A DNA stretch of 64,000 nucleotides from an uncultured Pseudomonadota bacterium. Its GTDB lineage: Bacteria > Oederibacteriota > Muellerivitia > Muellerivitales > Muellerivitaceae. This document shows positions 30,145-38,787 of the stretch, piece by piece. Made by a program: the position numbers and the translations under genes. The notes beneath the pieces are model-generated. The model was not told the DNA's origin. It ran no database searches and worked only from the letters and a program-made list of their open reading frames with translations. Location: positions 889,725-953,724 of the forward strand of contig CAWIIP010000004.1 in NCBI GenBank assembly GCA_963836235.1. The letters are read 5' to 3'. Position 1 is the first letter of the stretch; each line of letters begins with the position of its first letter.

Positions 30145-31188
30145 TTGGAAAGACTTGAATTGAAAACTTACTATTTTGCTTTTTGCTTTTTTGTCCTTCT
30201 GGGATTGTCGATGGGTTGTACTAAATCACCGTCTTCCCCAGGTTCGGGTCAATGGGGCGAAGCCACGGCCCACGCGCCTTTTTCAGGCCGTTATGGTCTT
30301 TCGGGAACTGTTTTTAACGGCCTCATGTGGGTCGTGGGAGGGGCGGCGGGCAACGCGGATAATTCCGTGACCTATTACGATGCCGATATTTGGTCATCCA
30401 GTAATGGATCGGCCTGGACAGAAGCGACTAGCAGCGCGCCTTTCGGAGGCCGGTATGGCAGCCAAACACTTTCTTATAACGGGAAAATGTGGCTTATTGG
30501 TGGAAACAACAGCGGAACTTTGAAAAATGATGTTTGGAGCTCGCTGGATGGGGTCAATTGGACGCAGGTTTTGGCTTCAACGGGCAAGGGAACGGCAACC
30601 CAATTTAGCCCAAGGGAAGATTTTGGGGCTGTTGTTTTCAACAACGCCATGTGGGTTATTGGAGGCTGGGCTGGGGTGAGTAAAAATGATGTTTGGAGTT
30701 CGACGGATGGAATCAATTGGACTGAAGTAAATGCCAATGCTGCTTTTGCGGCGCGATGGGGGATGTCTACTTTGGTTTACAATAATACCCTATGGCTGAT
30801 TTCAGGGACTTCCGGTTCAAGTACCAATTTTCCCACTACGGCGGGTTATGGCGATGTTTGGTCCTCGCCCGATGGCAATGTTTGGACAAAAGTTAACAAC
30901 TTGGCTCCTTTTGGACTATCGTATTATCATCAAGTTGTTTCAAACGGCGGCCTGATGTGGCTTTCGGCGGGCTTCCTCTGGCCCACTTGGGGTCCGCAAA
31001 GTACCGTTTGGACTACGGGTGACGGCGTAACATGGTCCAATGTTTCTTCCCCCTTTCCGGCGCGATTTTATCACTTAAGTCTTTCCTACAATAACCAGGT
31101 ATGGGTTATCGCTGGTTGTAATAATCTATGCAATAGTACTTCCGGCTGCGCGATTACTTATTTAAACGATGTTTGGTACACCCGGTAA
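30145..31188 (+). CDS. Kelch-like beta-propeller lipoprotein
   Basis: Lipobox-like LSMGC and ~6 repeats of (AP)F..R.....V.N..MW..GG...DVWSS.DG..WT. Confidence 0.8.
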   Translation: MERLELKTYYFAFCFFVLLGLSMGCTKSPSSPGSGQWGEATAHAPFSGRYGLSGTVFNGLMWVVGGAAGNADNSVTYYDADIWSSSNGSAWTEATSSAPFGGRYGSQTLSYNGKMWLIGGNNSGTLKNDVWSSLDGVNWTQVLASTGKGTATQFSPREDFGAVVFNNAMWVIGGWAGVSKNDVWSSTDGINWTEVNANAAFAARWGMSTLVYNNTLWLISGTSGSSTNFPTTAGYGDVWSSPDGNVWTKVNNLAPFGLSYYHQVVSNGGLMWLSAGFLWPTWGPQSTVWTTGDGVTWSNVSSPFPARFYHLSLSYNNQVWVIAGCNNLCNSTSGCAITYLNDVWYTR

Positions 31189-31280
31189 ATTTTAGAAGTA
31201 AATTGATTTATTCATGTTCGCGTGGCTAATGATCTTTTAAGAATTTTTGAGTTTGATGAATGTCAAAAGGTGGCCCTAAG

Positions 31281-31481
31281 ATGATTCCGGTTACTCGATT
31301 AGATGGACAGGCGGTTTACGTCAATTCGGACCTTATTCTTTTTCTGGAAAGCTCGCCCGAAACCATCATGACGCTTCAAAACGGAAAAAAGATCACAGTC
31401 AAGGAAACGATTCCACAAGTTATTGACCGGGTTGTCGAGTTTAAATCCAGATGCTATCCAGTAATACCAACGCCTTCGTAA
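31281..31481 (+). CDS. flbD: FlbD/SwrD-family small flagellar protein
   Basis: MIPVTRLDG...VNSDLI..LE..PET..TL.NGKK..VKE. Confidence 0.9.
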   Translation: MIPVTRLDGQAVYVNSDLILFLESSPETIMTLQNGKKITVKETIPQVIDRVVEFKSRCYPVIPTPS

Positions 31482-31649
31482 TGGGTTTTGAGGTAACTTA
31501 GTTTAGGAAACCGTATTTTAGAAGCTTGTAGTAGATAAAGTCATTTATCGGAGTTCACCCCATTAACACTTCTTTCCCCTAGGGAAATTGATCGGAACGA
31601 ATTAAAAGGCTTTATTTAAGCTAAATGTTCGCAGGGGGAACTGAAACAG

Positions 31650-31678
31650 TTGCACGAACCTCCGTTAGGGGAGATAAT
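31650..31678 (+). promoter_or_regulatory. Candidate sigma70 promoter for the cargo/PorV locus
   Basis: TTGCAC-N17-GATAAT. Confidence 0.45.
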
Positions 31679-31808
31679 ATAAGCATCTAGCTCTTAACAT
31701 TTTTTGATTTATTTTCAACCTAATATCGGTTTTTGATCAGGTTGTTATTTAAATAATTGCTTGAGTGATAGTTTGGGGAATATCGGCAGAATCCTTTGAT
31801 GGAATGAA

Positions 31809-33407
31809 GTGGGGAACCGAATGAAGATTAAAACACTATATTATCTTGTTTTGTCTTTGTTTTTTATTTATGTTGTTTTTCCGGCTATCCCAGGAGCTTT
31901 TGCTGTTTTCGCTCTTTCAAATGACCCCAACCAGCATTTTGACCCTACTCCCACAACAGGTGGTTCGGCAACAACGAACTGGGCTGTGACCCATAGTGGA
32001 GGCACCGCTTACACTTTGACCGTTCCTGGCGTCAGTCCTGATCAGGATACCAGCGATATCACGCCGGCTACAACGGGGCAATTAATTTCAGCGGGTAATT
32101 GCGCTGCCTGCTCAGTTACCTTGACTTATACGGATCCTTCCTCTGGTACCGGTGGAACGCAACAATATATTTTGGTGGATGTTTACACTGAAAACGTTGG
32201 ACGGCAATTACAGCTTGTGGTGACGGATACAAATAGCATAGCGGTCACATCGGCTAGCACCGATCTTCTCTATAACTGTTCCACAGGAGGAACTTTAGCC
32301 GGTACGACCAAAGCCAACACTTGGACAACCATCTTCGTCGATACGTCATCACTCACAACCATTGCAAACGTCAATATCATCATACCTGCCGGGCAAGCCG
32401 CAACAATGAACACTGATCCTGTTTTATTTGATAATCTTCAAGGTGCCAGCAATTTGCCATGCTTGATACCGCCCACGGCCACCAATACTCCGACCGCGAC
32501 CGTAACCGATACCCCAACGGCTACTTCCACGATGACCGATACAGGCACTCCCACAGACACCTTTACCTCAACCGGTACCCCTACCCATACCGCGACCGCT
32601 ACGCCGACCGGCAGTCCGACTTCCACTATTACCTCTACAGCTACTTTCACACCGACATTAAGCCTGACGCCGACCCCCTCCTTTACACCCACATTAAGCT
32701 CAACGCCGACCAATCCCTCCACTCCTACCTCAACCCCGACCGCGACTCTTTCCTCAACGCCAACCAATAGCCCCACTAATTCCGCGACTGAAACTCAATC
32801 ATTTACGGCTACCTCTACAGGCACGCCGCCGGCGACATTTACTTTTACGTCTACATCAACCGTGACTTTTACCGAAACATCCACTGCCACTTTGATTCCT
32901 ACCAACACTCCGCTACCCACTTCGACCAATACGTTTACTTTCACGCCTTCCAGTAGTCCGACTCCAACATTTACATTTACTCAAACGTTCACTCCGACCA
33001 TCACCTTTACCCCAACCAGTACAAATACGCCTGGTCCCACATCTACTTACACTCAAACGCCTTGTCCGGTTGTGGTTTATCCCAACCCTATGGATTTTCA
33101 ACATATCCCGGCTTATTCGAATAATTGTCCTAGTGGGACTGCCTGCATAAAATTTGATTGTGTTCCCGTTGGTTCGACTTTAAAAATTTACACCGTATCC
33201 TTAGGACTGGTTCGAAACTTTACCGCTACTGAACCTTCCCCCATATTCACACTGGATTCGGGCCTTAATGTAGGGACCTTCCACTGGGATGGAAACAACG
33301 GGGATGGAAATCCCGTTTCTGCCGGTTTTTATATTTATGTCATCGACGGCCCCGGCGGCAGGACTTTTGGTAAGTTCGCTATTTCACGTTCCTGGAACGG
33401 ATCTTAA
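31809..33407 (+). CDS. Secreted protein: beta-sandwich-like N domain, ~200-aa Thr/Pro linker, and C-terminal T9SS-CTD/FlgD-Ig-like domain (start probably ATG 31821)
   Basis: Signal peptide, T-x-T-x repeats, and VYPNP...LKIYT...LVRN...WDGNNGDGNPVSAGFYIY...GKFAISR. Confidence 0.8.
   Translation: MGNRMKIKTLYYLVLSLFFIYVVFPAIPGAFAVFALSNDPNQHFDPTPTTGGSATTNWAVTHSGGTAYTLTVPGVSPDQDTSDITPATTGQLISAGNCAACSVTLTYTDPSSGTGGTQQYILVDVYTENVGRQLQLVVTDTNSIAVTSASTDLLYNCSTGGTLAGTTKANTWTTIFVDTSSLTTIANVNIIIPAGQAATMNTDPVLFDNLQGASNLPCLIPPTATNTPTATVTDTPTATSTMTDTGTPTDTFTSTGTPTHTATATPTGSPTSTITSTATFTPTLSLTPTPSFTPTLSSTPTNPSTPTSTPTATLSSTPTNSPTNSATETQSFTATSTGTPPATFTFTSTSTVTFTETSTATLIPTNTPLPTSTNTFTFTPSSSPTPTFTFTQTFTPTITFTPTSTNTPGPTSTYTQTPCPVVVYPNPMDFQHIPAYSNNCPSGTACIKFDCVPVGSTLKIYTVSLGLVRNFTATEPSPIFTLDSGLNVGTFHWDGNNGDGNPVSAGFYIYVIDGPGGRTFGKFAISRSWNGS
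32469..33062 (+). repeat. Low-complexity Thr-x/Pro-Thr coding repeat
   Basis: ACN-rich codons encoding PTATNTPTATVTDTPT...TFTQTFTPT. Confidence 0.85.
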
Positions 33408-34378
33408 TGACCGGGGTTTTTTTCAAGCGTACGATCACGTCAACGCTCTTGCTATGGGGCATGATCAATTTTTCGGCCCATGCTCAAACAGATAACGGGG
33501 GCCGGGCAGCTTTTGATTTCTTGAAGATTTCCCCCATTTCCAGGGCCGTCGGAGTTGGAGGCGCCTATACGGCATTGGGCGATGATGTGGGTTCCATTTA
33601 CTACAATCCAGCGGGACTTGCCAGTATTTTAACCAATGAATTAAATGTGACTTATCTTTCCCTTTATCAGAGTTTTAGCTATGAATTTCTTGCTTATGCT
33701 TACCCATTGGGTGAGTCCCTTCCTTCCGTTGGCGGTACGGTTGCTTTGAGTGCTAGTTTGTTTCAACCGGGCAATCAATCACGAACCAATGATTTTGGCG
33801 TTACTACAGGGACTTTTTCCAGCGGAGACCAGGTTTTTTCCCTAGCTTACGCGAGAGCTTTTGGTGATAGGTTTCATGTTGGCCTTTCGGTCAATTTGAT
33901 CCAGCAACAGATTGATACCATTTCCAGTTCTGTTTTTGACGTAAACGCCGGGATTGTTGTTTTGCCCCCTTTTGACGGAATGCGTTTAGGTTTGTCGTTG
34001 AAAAATATGGGTTCCCAAGTGTCCAACTTTAATCTACCCTTTACCTTAAACGCAGGGCTTTCCTACCGACGATATGAGATTTTCAACGAACAAGACGATG
34101 GGGTTTTAACAGCGGAAGTGGCTTTTCCCCTGGAACCTATTGAAGACCCGGTGGGGGTAAAGGTGGGGGGAGAATACGATTTTAAGTGGGTTGGAAGCCG
34201 GGCGACTCTTCGTGCAGGATATGAGTTTCTCGACACATCCCTAAACGGCGTTGGACTTGCCTTAGGAGCGGGATATGGCTTGGATTTTGAGGGCACAGTC
34301 CTTTTCCTGGATTACGCTTATGCCCCAGCCGATATTTTTGGCGATGCCCAGCGTATTTCCATAACGACGAAATTTTAA
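33407..34378 (+). CDS. PorV/PorQ-family outer-membrane barrel
   Basis: FLKISPISRAVGVGGAYTALGDD..SIYYNPAGLA, DYAY...FGDAQRIS and a C-terminal Phe. Confidence 0.85.
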   Translation: MTGVFFKRTITSTLLLWGMINFSAHAQTDNGGRAAFDFLKISPISRAVGVGGAYTALGDDVGSIYYNPAGLASILTNELNVTYLSLYQSFSYEFLAYAYPLGESLPSVGGTVALSASLFQPGNQSRTNDFGVTTGTFSSGDQVFSLAYARAFGDRFHVGLSVNLIQQQIDTISSSVFDVNAGIVVLPPFDGMRLGLSLKNMGSQVSNFNLPFTLNAGLSYRRYEIFNEQDDGVLTAEVAFPLEPIEDPVGVKVGGEYDFKWVGSRATLRAGYEFLDTSLNGVGLALGAGYGLDFEGTVLFLDYAYAPADIFGDAQRISITTKF

Positions 34379-34397
34379 ATTTATCTGGAAGAGTGCA

Positions 34398-35441
34398 ATG
34401 GGTTCTACTTGTTTTATTCAATTGGCCAGAATTTTCCTGTTGATTCTAGGCAGCCTCGTTTTATGCCATCGAGCGCATTCCCAGACGGTAGGAACGACCA
34501 CGGCGGATATTTTAAAAATCAACGAGGGCGCCAGGCCGGCAGCCATGGGGGGAGCTTATACCGCCATGGGCGACGATATTTATTCCCTTGATTATAACCC
34601 AGCCGGATTGAGTTATTTGAAAGCTTCCCAGTTGGTAGTGATGCACTTAGACAGCTTAGCCGGTATTGAATATGAATATTTATCTTTTGGGACGGCATGG
34701 GGATCCAGCAACGTTTTGGCGTTTAACGCTACTTACCGCCATGAACCGCCGATTGATAATAACAACGGTAATCCGGCGGTTTATACCGACGATCTTTTAG
34801 CAAGCCTTTCGTATGGCTTTAAACTTGGTAATAATTTTCGCGCGGGGCTGACTGGGAAGTACCTGAAAAGTGATCTCGCTGCTTACTCGGCGACAGCGGT
34901 TGCTTTTGACTTGGGAATCGTCCTTGACCATTTGCCTTACGGAATCCGGGCTGGGGCCGCCGTTCAAAATCTCGGGACGGGTATGACTTTTACGCCCGGG
35001 GGAACCGGGTCTTCTAACGGTGCTCCCTCTGAATCGCTGCCGCTTTTCTTGCGTTTCGGTTTGGGGACACACCAAGTGATTGATGGAAATAAGGATTTGA
35101 ATGTTGGCATCGAAGTGTTCAAACCATCAGATCAAGATATTAAAATAGGGCTCGGTGGAGAATATTGGGTTTTTCCACAACTTTTCGTGATTCGAGGTGG
35201 ATATAAGATCGAAAATCTCGGAACGCCTTATGGAGGCATAAACGCTTCCACCAATAAACCATTCCCGGGTGTATCGAACGCGTTTCAGGATTACACTTTG
35301 GGATGTACTCTCACCCGTCGGATTGATGGAGATGATTTTTCAATTGATATCGCTTACGATCCGGGAAATTTTTCAACCACCACGCAGGATACTTTCTTTT
35401 TCGCCCTCAATCTTCGGTTCAACCAACTGCGCCTTTTCTAA
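34398..35441 (+). CDS. PorV/PorQ-family outer-membrane barrel
   Basis: ILKINEGARPAAMGGAYTAMGDD..SLDYNPAGLS, AVQNLG and a C-terminal Phe. Confidence 0.85.
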   Translation: MGSTCFIQLARIFLLILGSLVLCHRAHSQTVGTTTADILKINEGARPAAMGGAYTAMGDDIYSLDYNPAGLSYLKASQLVVMHLDSLAGIEYEYLSFGTAWGSSNVLAFNATYRHEPPIDNNNGNPAVYTDDLLASLSYGFKLGNNFRAGLTGKYLKSDLAAYSATAVAFDLGIVLDHLPYGIRAGAAVQNLGTGMTFTPGGTGSSNGAPSESLPLFLRFGLGTHQVIDGNKDLNVGIEVFKPSDQDIKIGLGGEYWVFPQLFVIRGGYKIENLGTPYGGINASTNKPFPGVSNAFQDYTLGCTLTRRIDGDDFSIDIAYDPGNFSTTTQDTFFFALNLRFNQLRLF

Positions 35442-35478
35442 TCGGTTCCCGCCATTTGATGTGACGGCTTTTCTATAA

Positions 35479-35507
35479 TTGACAAGCGTTCATAGCCCTG
35501 TTAATCT
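35479..35507 (+). promoter_or_regulatory. Sigma70 promoter of tRNA-Phe
   Basis: TTGACA-N17-TAATCT. Confidence 0.65.
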
Positions 35508-35563
35508 TCAAACCCTGCAAACGTTGTTGTTTGTTTCTAACCTAAACTTCACAATTCTTTGGA

Positions 35564-35639
<76 letters not shown>

Positions 35640-35764
35640 CTTATTCATAAAAAATTAATTACAAAATTCATGCGAAAGTCGTTAGTATTCCAGCTCGGAA
35701 TGGTTTATTTGAAGAAGGTTTGAAATCTTGATTTTTTCCACTTTTTAATGATTTTAAGGATTTC

Positions 35765-37147
35765 ATGAGCCCGGTTTCCGCTGACATATTAAAACCCGGT
35801 AGTATTCACGGGATTTATCCCAAATCACTTGGGAATACACAGGCGGAACAGATTGGTTTGGCCTTCGGGACACTCGTCAAAGATGAATACCGAAGAAATA
35901 TTAAGGTGGTAGTTGGCCACGATAACCGACATTCCAGTGGCGCCTTGAATCGATGGCTCATTCAAGGCCTGCGAAACACCGGCCTAAAAATTGTGGATGC
36001 CGGATTTGTCTCATCCCCTCTTTTAGCCTATGCCGTCCGGTTTTCCGGAGCTTCGGTGGGCATCATGATCACCGGCTCACATACCCCCGCCCAATACAAC
36101 GGATTTAAAGTCTTTACCCAAGAGGGGCCCGCGTTACTGGATTGGATGGATCGACTTTACCGGATTTTGAAAAGTCAAAACTTTAGAAAGGGAGCGGGCG
36201 TAGTCGAAAAAAAAACTTTTTACGCCGATTACCGCAATGCCTTGGTTAACACCGTGGCCCAAAATTTCAAAGGTCTTAAGATAACCGTAGATGTGGGCAA
36301 TGGAACAGCGGCTCTCACGGTACCCATGGCGTTGGAAGCCCTTCATTGCGAGGTAGACGTATTGAACGGTGAATCCAATGGAGATTTTCCCGGAAGAGGG
36401 GCGGACAGTTCCCAGATAAAGGTTCTTAATGTTTTGGGGGAAAGGGTACGGAAAACCAAGTCCCAATTGGGAGTGGCTTTTGACGCCGATGGAGACCGGA
36501 TCAGTTTCGTAGATGAAAAGGGGCACGAAGTACCCAATGACGTTGTTCTCTGCCTTTTTTCGACGGATTTACTGAAACGGCAAAAAAATGGAAGCGTGGT
36601 TTTTGATGGAGGATGTTCGGATTTGGTGGAAAAAACTGTCCGTGATTTGGGTGGGGCTCCATTGTTGGAAAAAACCGGTCATTCCTTCATTTTTGATCGG
36701 ATGAAAAAAAGCAAATCCCTGTTAGGGGGGGAGGCCTCCGGGCATTTTTTTCTACCCGGTTCTTTTCCGGGAGACGTCCTTTATGCCTGTTTGCGCCTTT
36801 TGGAATTATTGAAAGGGAGCCAAAAAAGCCTTTCCGAGGTTTGCGCGGCATTTCCCGTTAGAGTTTCCACCCATGATGTAAACCTGGCTATTTCGCCGGA
36901 AAAAGTGCCGTCTTTTTACGAGTCTTTGAAAAACCGCGCCTTAGAAAAGGGGGCTAAGGTTTCGACTCTCGACGGAGTTCGGGCCGTTTTTGATGACGGC
37001 TGGGGCATTGTCCACAACTCCGGGATTGAACCCTTCCTTTCGTGCCGTTTTGAGGCGCCTACCCTAGGCAAATTAACGCAACTGATTAAATTGTGGCTCT
37101 GTGACCACCCCGAGGTGCAGGAAAAAATCTTTAGAGATATTGAATGA
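35765..37147 (+). CDS. Phosphomannomutase/phosphoglucomutase-family protein (divergent)
   Basis: GHDNR, ITGSH (phospho-Ser loop), DADGDR metal loop and GEASGH. Confidence 0.85.
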   Translation: MSPVSADILKPGSIHGIYPKSLGNTQAEQIGLAFGTLVKDEYRRNIKVVVGHDNRHSSGALNRWLIQGLRNTGLKIVDAGFVSSPLLAYAVRFSGASVGIMITGSHTPAQYNGFKVFTQEGPALLDWMDRLYRILKSQNFRKGAGVVEKKTFYADYRNALVNTVAQNFKGLKITVDVGNGTAALTVPMALEALHCEVDVLNGESNGDFPGRGADSSQIKVLNVLGERVRKTKSQLGVAFDADGDRISFVDEKGHEVPNDVVLCLFSTDLLKRQKNGSVVFDGGCSDLVEKTVRDLGGAPLLEKTGHSFIFDRMKKSKSLLGGEASGHFFLPGSFPGDVLYACLRLLELLKGSQKSLSEVCAAFPVRVSTHDVNLAISPEKVPSFYESLKNRALEKGAKVSTLDGVRAVFDDGWGIVHNSGIEPFLSCRFEAPTLGKLTQLIKLWLCDHPEVQEKIFRDIE

Positions 37148-37175
37148 AATTATTAATTAAAATCGCTGGTTTCCA

Positions 37176-37595
37176 ATGATTTATTGTGTTTTTGTTGGCC
37201 TCTTCAAGGACAAGCGCCTTGAACAAATGAGCGAGGAGTTTCGCCAAAGACTTGATCGGCTTTGGCCGGTAAAGATTTTGAAAATGGCGGAAAAAGAAAA
37301 GGAAATTCTCAAGTTCATCCAAGAAAAAAGCGGGAAAGCCCTATTGGTTTCGATTGATGCCCCTGGGGAGTCTATGGATTCACCTTCGTTTATACGATGG
37401 GTCACGAAATCCTCGCAGGATATTTACTTTTTTGCCTGGGGCGCAGATGGCCCACCAAAAGGGGTGTTGAAAACAACCTTTAAAAGTGTGAGCTTATCGC
37501 CGATGACCTATTCCCACGAGATGGCTCGGATGCTTTTAATGGAACAGCTTTATCGGGCCGGCGCGACCTTAAGGGGACATCCATATCCCCGTTGA
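37176..37595 (+). CDS. rlmH: 23S rRNA m3-pseudouridine1915 methyltransferase RlmH (SPOUT)
   Basis: GADG and SLSPMTYSHEMARMLLMEQLYRA...GHPY. Confidence 0.85.
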   Translation: MIYCVFVGLFKDKRLEQMSEEFRQRLDRLWPVKILKMAEKEKEILKFIQEKSGKALLVSIDAPGESMDSPSFIRWVTKSSQDIYFFAWGADGPPKGVLKTTFKSVSLSPMTYSHEMARMLLMEQLYRAGATLRGHPYPR

Positions 37596-37771
37596 ATTCA
37601 ATTAGGTTATCCGGTCTCAAAGCAGCGGACGGAGATAAATGAAAGTATTCGGAGAGCGCTAAAAGATATTTGAGATTAAAATATATGCAACCAGCCGTCC
37701 GCTTCAGTCGTCTTAGCTTTGTGGGGAAGAACAGATTTGATTATCCAGCCAGAGATAAATTAGGGGGAAAA

Positions 37772-38584
37772 ATGACGAATCACAGATTGTTTTTGAGGGT
37801 TTCTTCCTTTGCCTTGACGGGATTCCTTTTGGCCTTGGCGGGGCCTTTTGCTAACCTTTCCCGTGCGGATGAACAAGCTACGGCGGCTGCGGACCCGGTG
37901 GAATATGTAGTGGAAGACATTAAGGGAACGGTTCAGGTTCTGGAAGACGGCGCTAAAGACTGGGAAACCGCGCAAGAAGGACAAGTTGTTGAATCGGGTG
38001 ATGAAATCAAGGCGGGCGACAATAGCGAAGCTACCTTGACGATGCAGTCCGAAACTTCGGTTCATTTAAGTTCCGATACCGACATGAAGGTCGAACGGAT
38101 AGAAGCCAATCAAACCGGTGGTTTTTTAAGTCAGCTTCAGGTTTTGGCTGGGAGTCTGCTTGCCGACGTTAAAAAACATCTTGTGGACAGCCATTCCTCG
38201 TTCGAGATTGAATCCAATGGTGTTGTATGCGGAGTGAGGGGGACGGCCTTTGAAGTAAGAGCCGAAGGTGATACCGCCGAAGTGGCAACTCACGAGGGGT
38301 CAGTCGCCGTGGGCAACGGAACCGAATCCCATAGGGTGGACGCGGGCAATTTTTCATCCTTTCAAAGAGGCAGGTTCCTGATGCAACGCCGGTTAGACCA
38401 ATCGGAAATCAATAGGTTCCAAAAATGGCGGGCTTTTCGTGAAATTGTCCGACAAAAACGTCAGCAGCGTCTCAGCGATCTTCGAGCCCATCACCGGACG
38501 CCTTGGAAACGCCGCCATCCTCATTTGAACCGGGCTTTGCTTCGGCGTAAGTTGCAGCAAAAGCGGCGTCGGAATATGGACTAG
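37772..38584 (+). CDS. Exported FecR-domain protein with Arg-rich C-terminal tail (start moved to ATG 37772)
   Basis: GGGGG RBS, signal peptide, GDEIKAG..SEA and FEIES..VVCGVRGTAFEV...THEGSV. Confidence 0.8.
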   Translation: MTNHRLFLRVSSFALTGFLLALAGPFANLSRADEQATAAADPVEYVVEDIKGTVQVLEDGAKDWETAQEGQVVESGDEIKAGDNSEATLTMQSETSVHLSSDTDMKVERIEANQTGGFLSQLQVLAGSLLADVKKHLVDSHSSFEIESNGVVCGVRGTAFEVRAEGDTAEVATHEGSVAVGNGTESHRVDAGNFSSFQRGRFLMQRRLDQSEINRFQKWRAFREIVRQKRQQRLSDLRAHHRTPWKRRHPHLNRALLRRKLQQKRRRNMD

Positions 38585-38632
38585 GGGCTTGGAATAAGAG
38601 CTTTGGGCCGGTTAAAATAAGCCTGTCTTTCC

Positions 38633-38667
38633 AAGAGAGAGGGAAATTTCCCTCTCTCTTTGTTTTT
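38633..38667 (+). terminator. Intrinsic terminator
   Basis: AAGAGAGAGGGAA-AT-TTCCCTCTCTCTT followed by TGTTTTT. Confidence 0.75.
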
Positions 38668-38787
38668 ATCCGCCCCGCGTTATGCGGGCTTCGTTCTAAG
38701 GGAAAACTAAAAGGCCTTCGCGATTAAAACCGTGGATCAAGTCTCGGCGTATTTTTTTGAACGTGTAAGGAAAATGATGGGAGTTCC

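Noticed and set aside
31482-31808. c-di-GMP or other riboswitch in the long intergenic region
   Set aside because: No recognisable aptamer consensus; only a short TTCCC-TA-GGGAA dyad and a promoter-like site.
32469-33062. Ice-binding TxT solenoid
   Set aside because: Frequent prolines and no fixed longer period fit an extended linker better.
37624-37703. AGCGGACGG...CCGTCCGCT inverted repeat after rlmH
   Set aside because: Only 9 bp with a ~60-nt gap; too weak to call.
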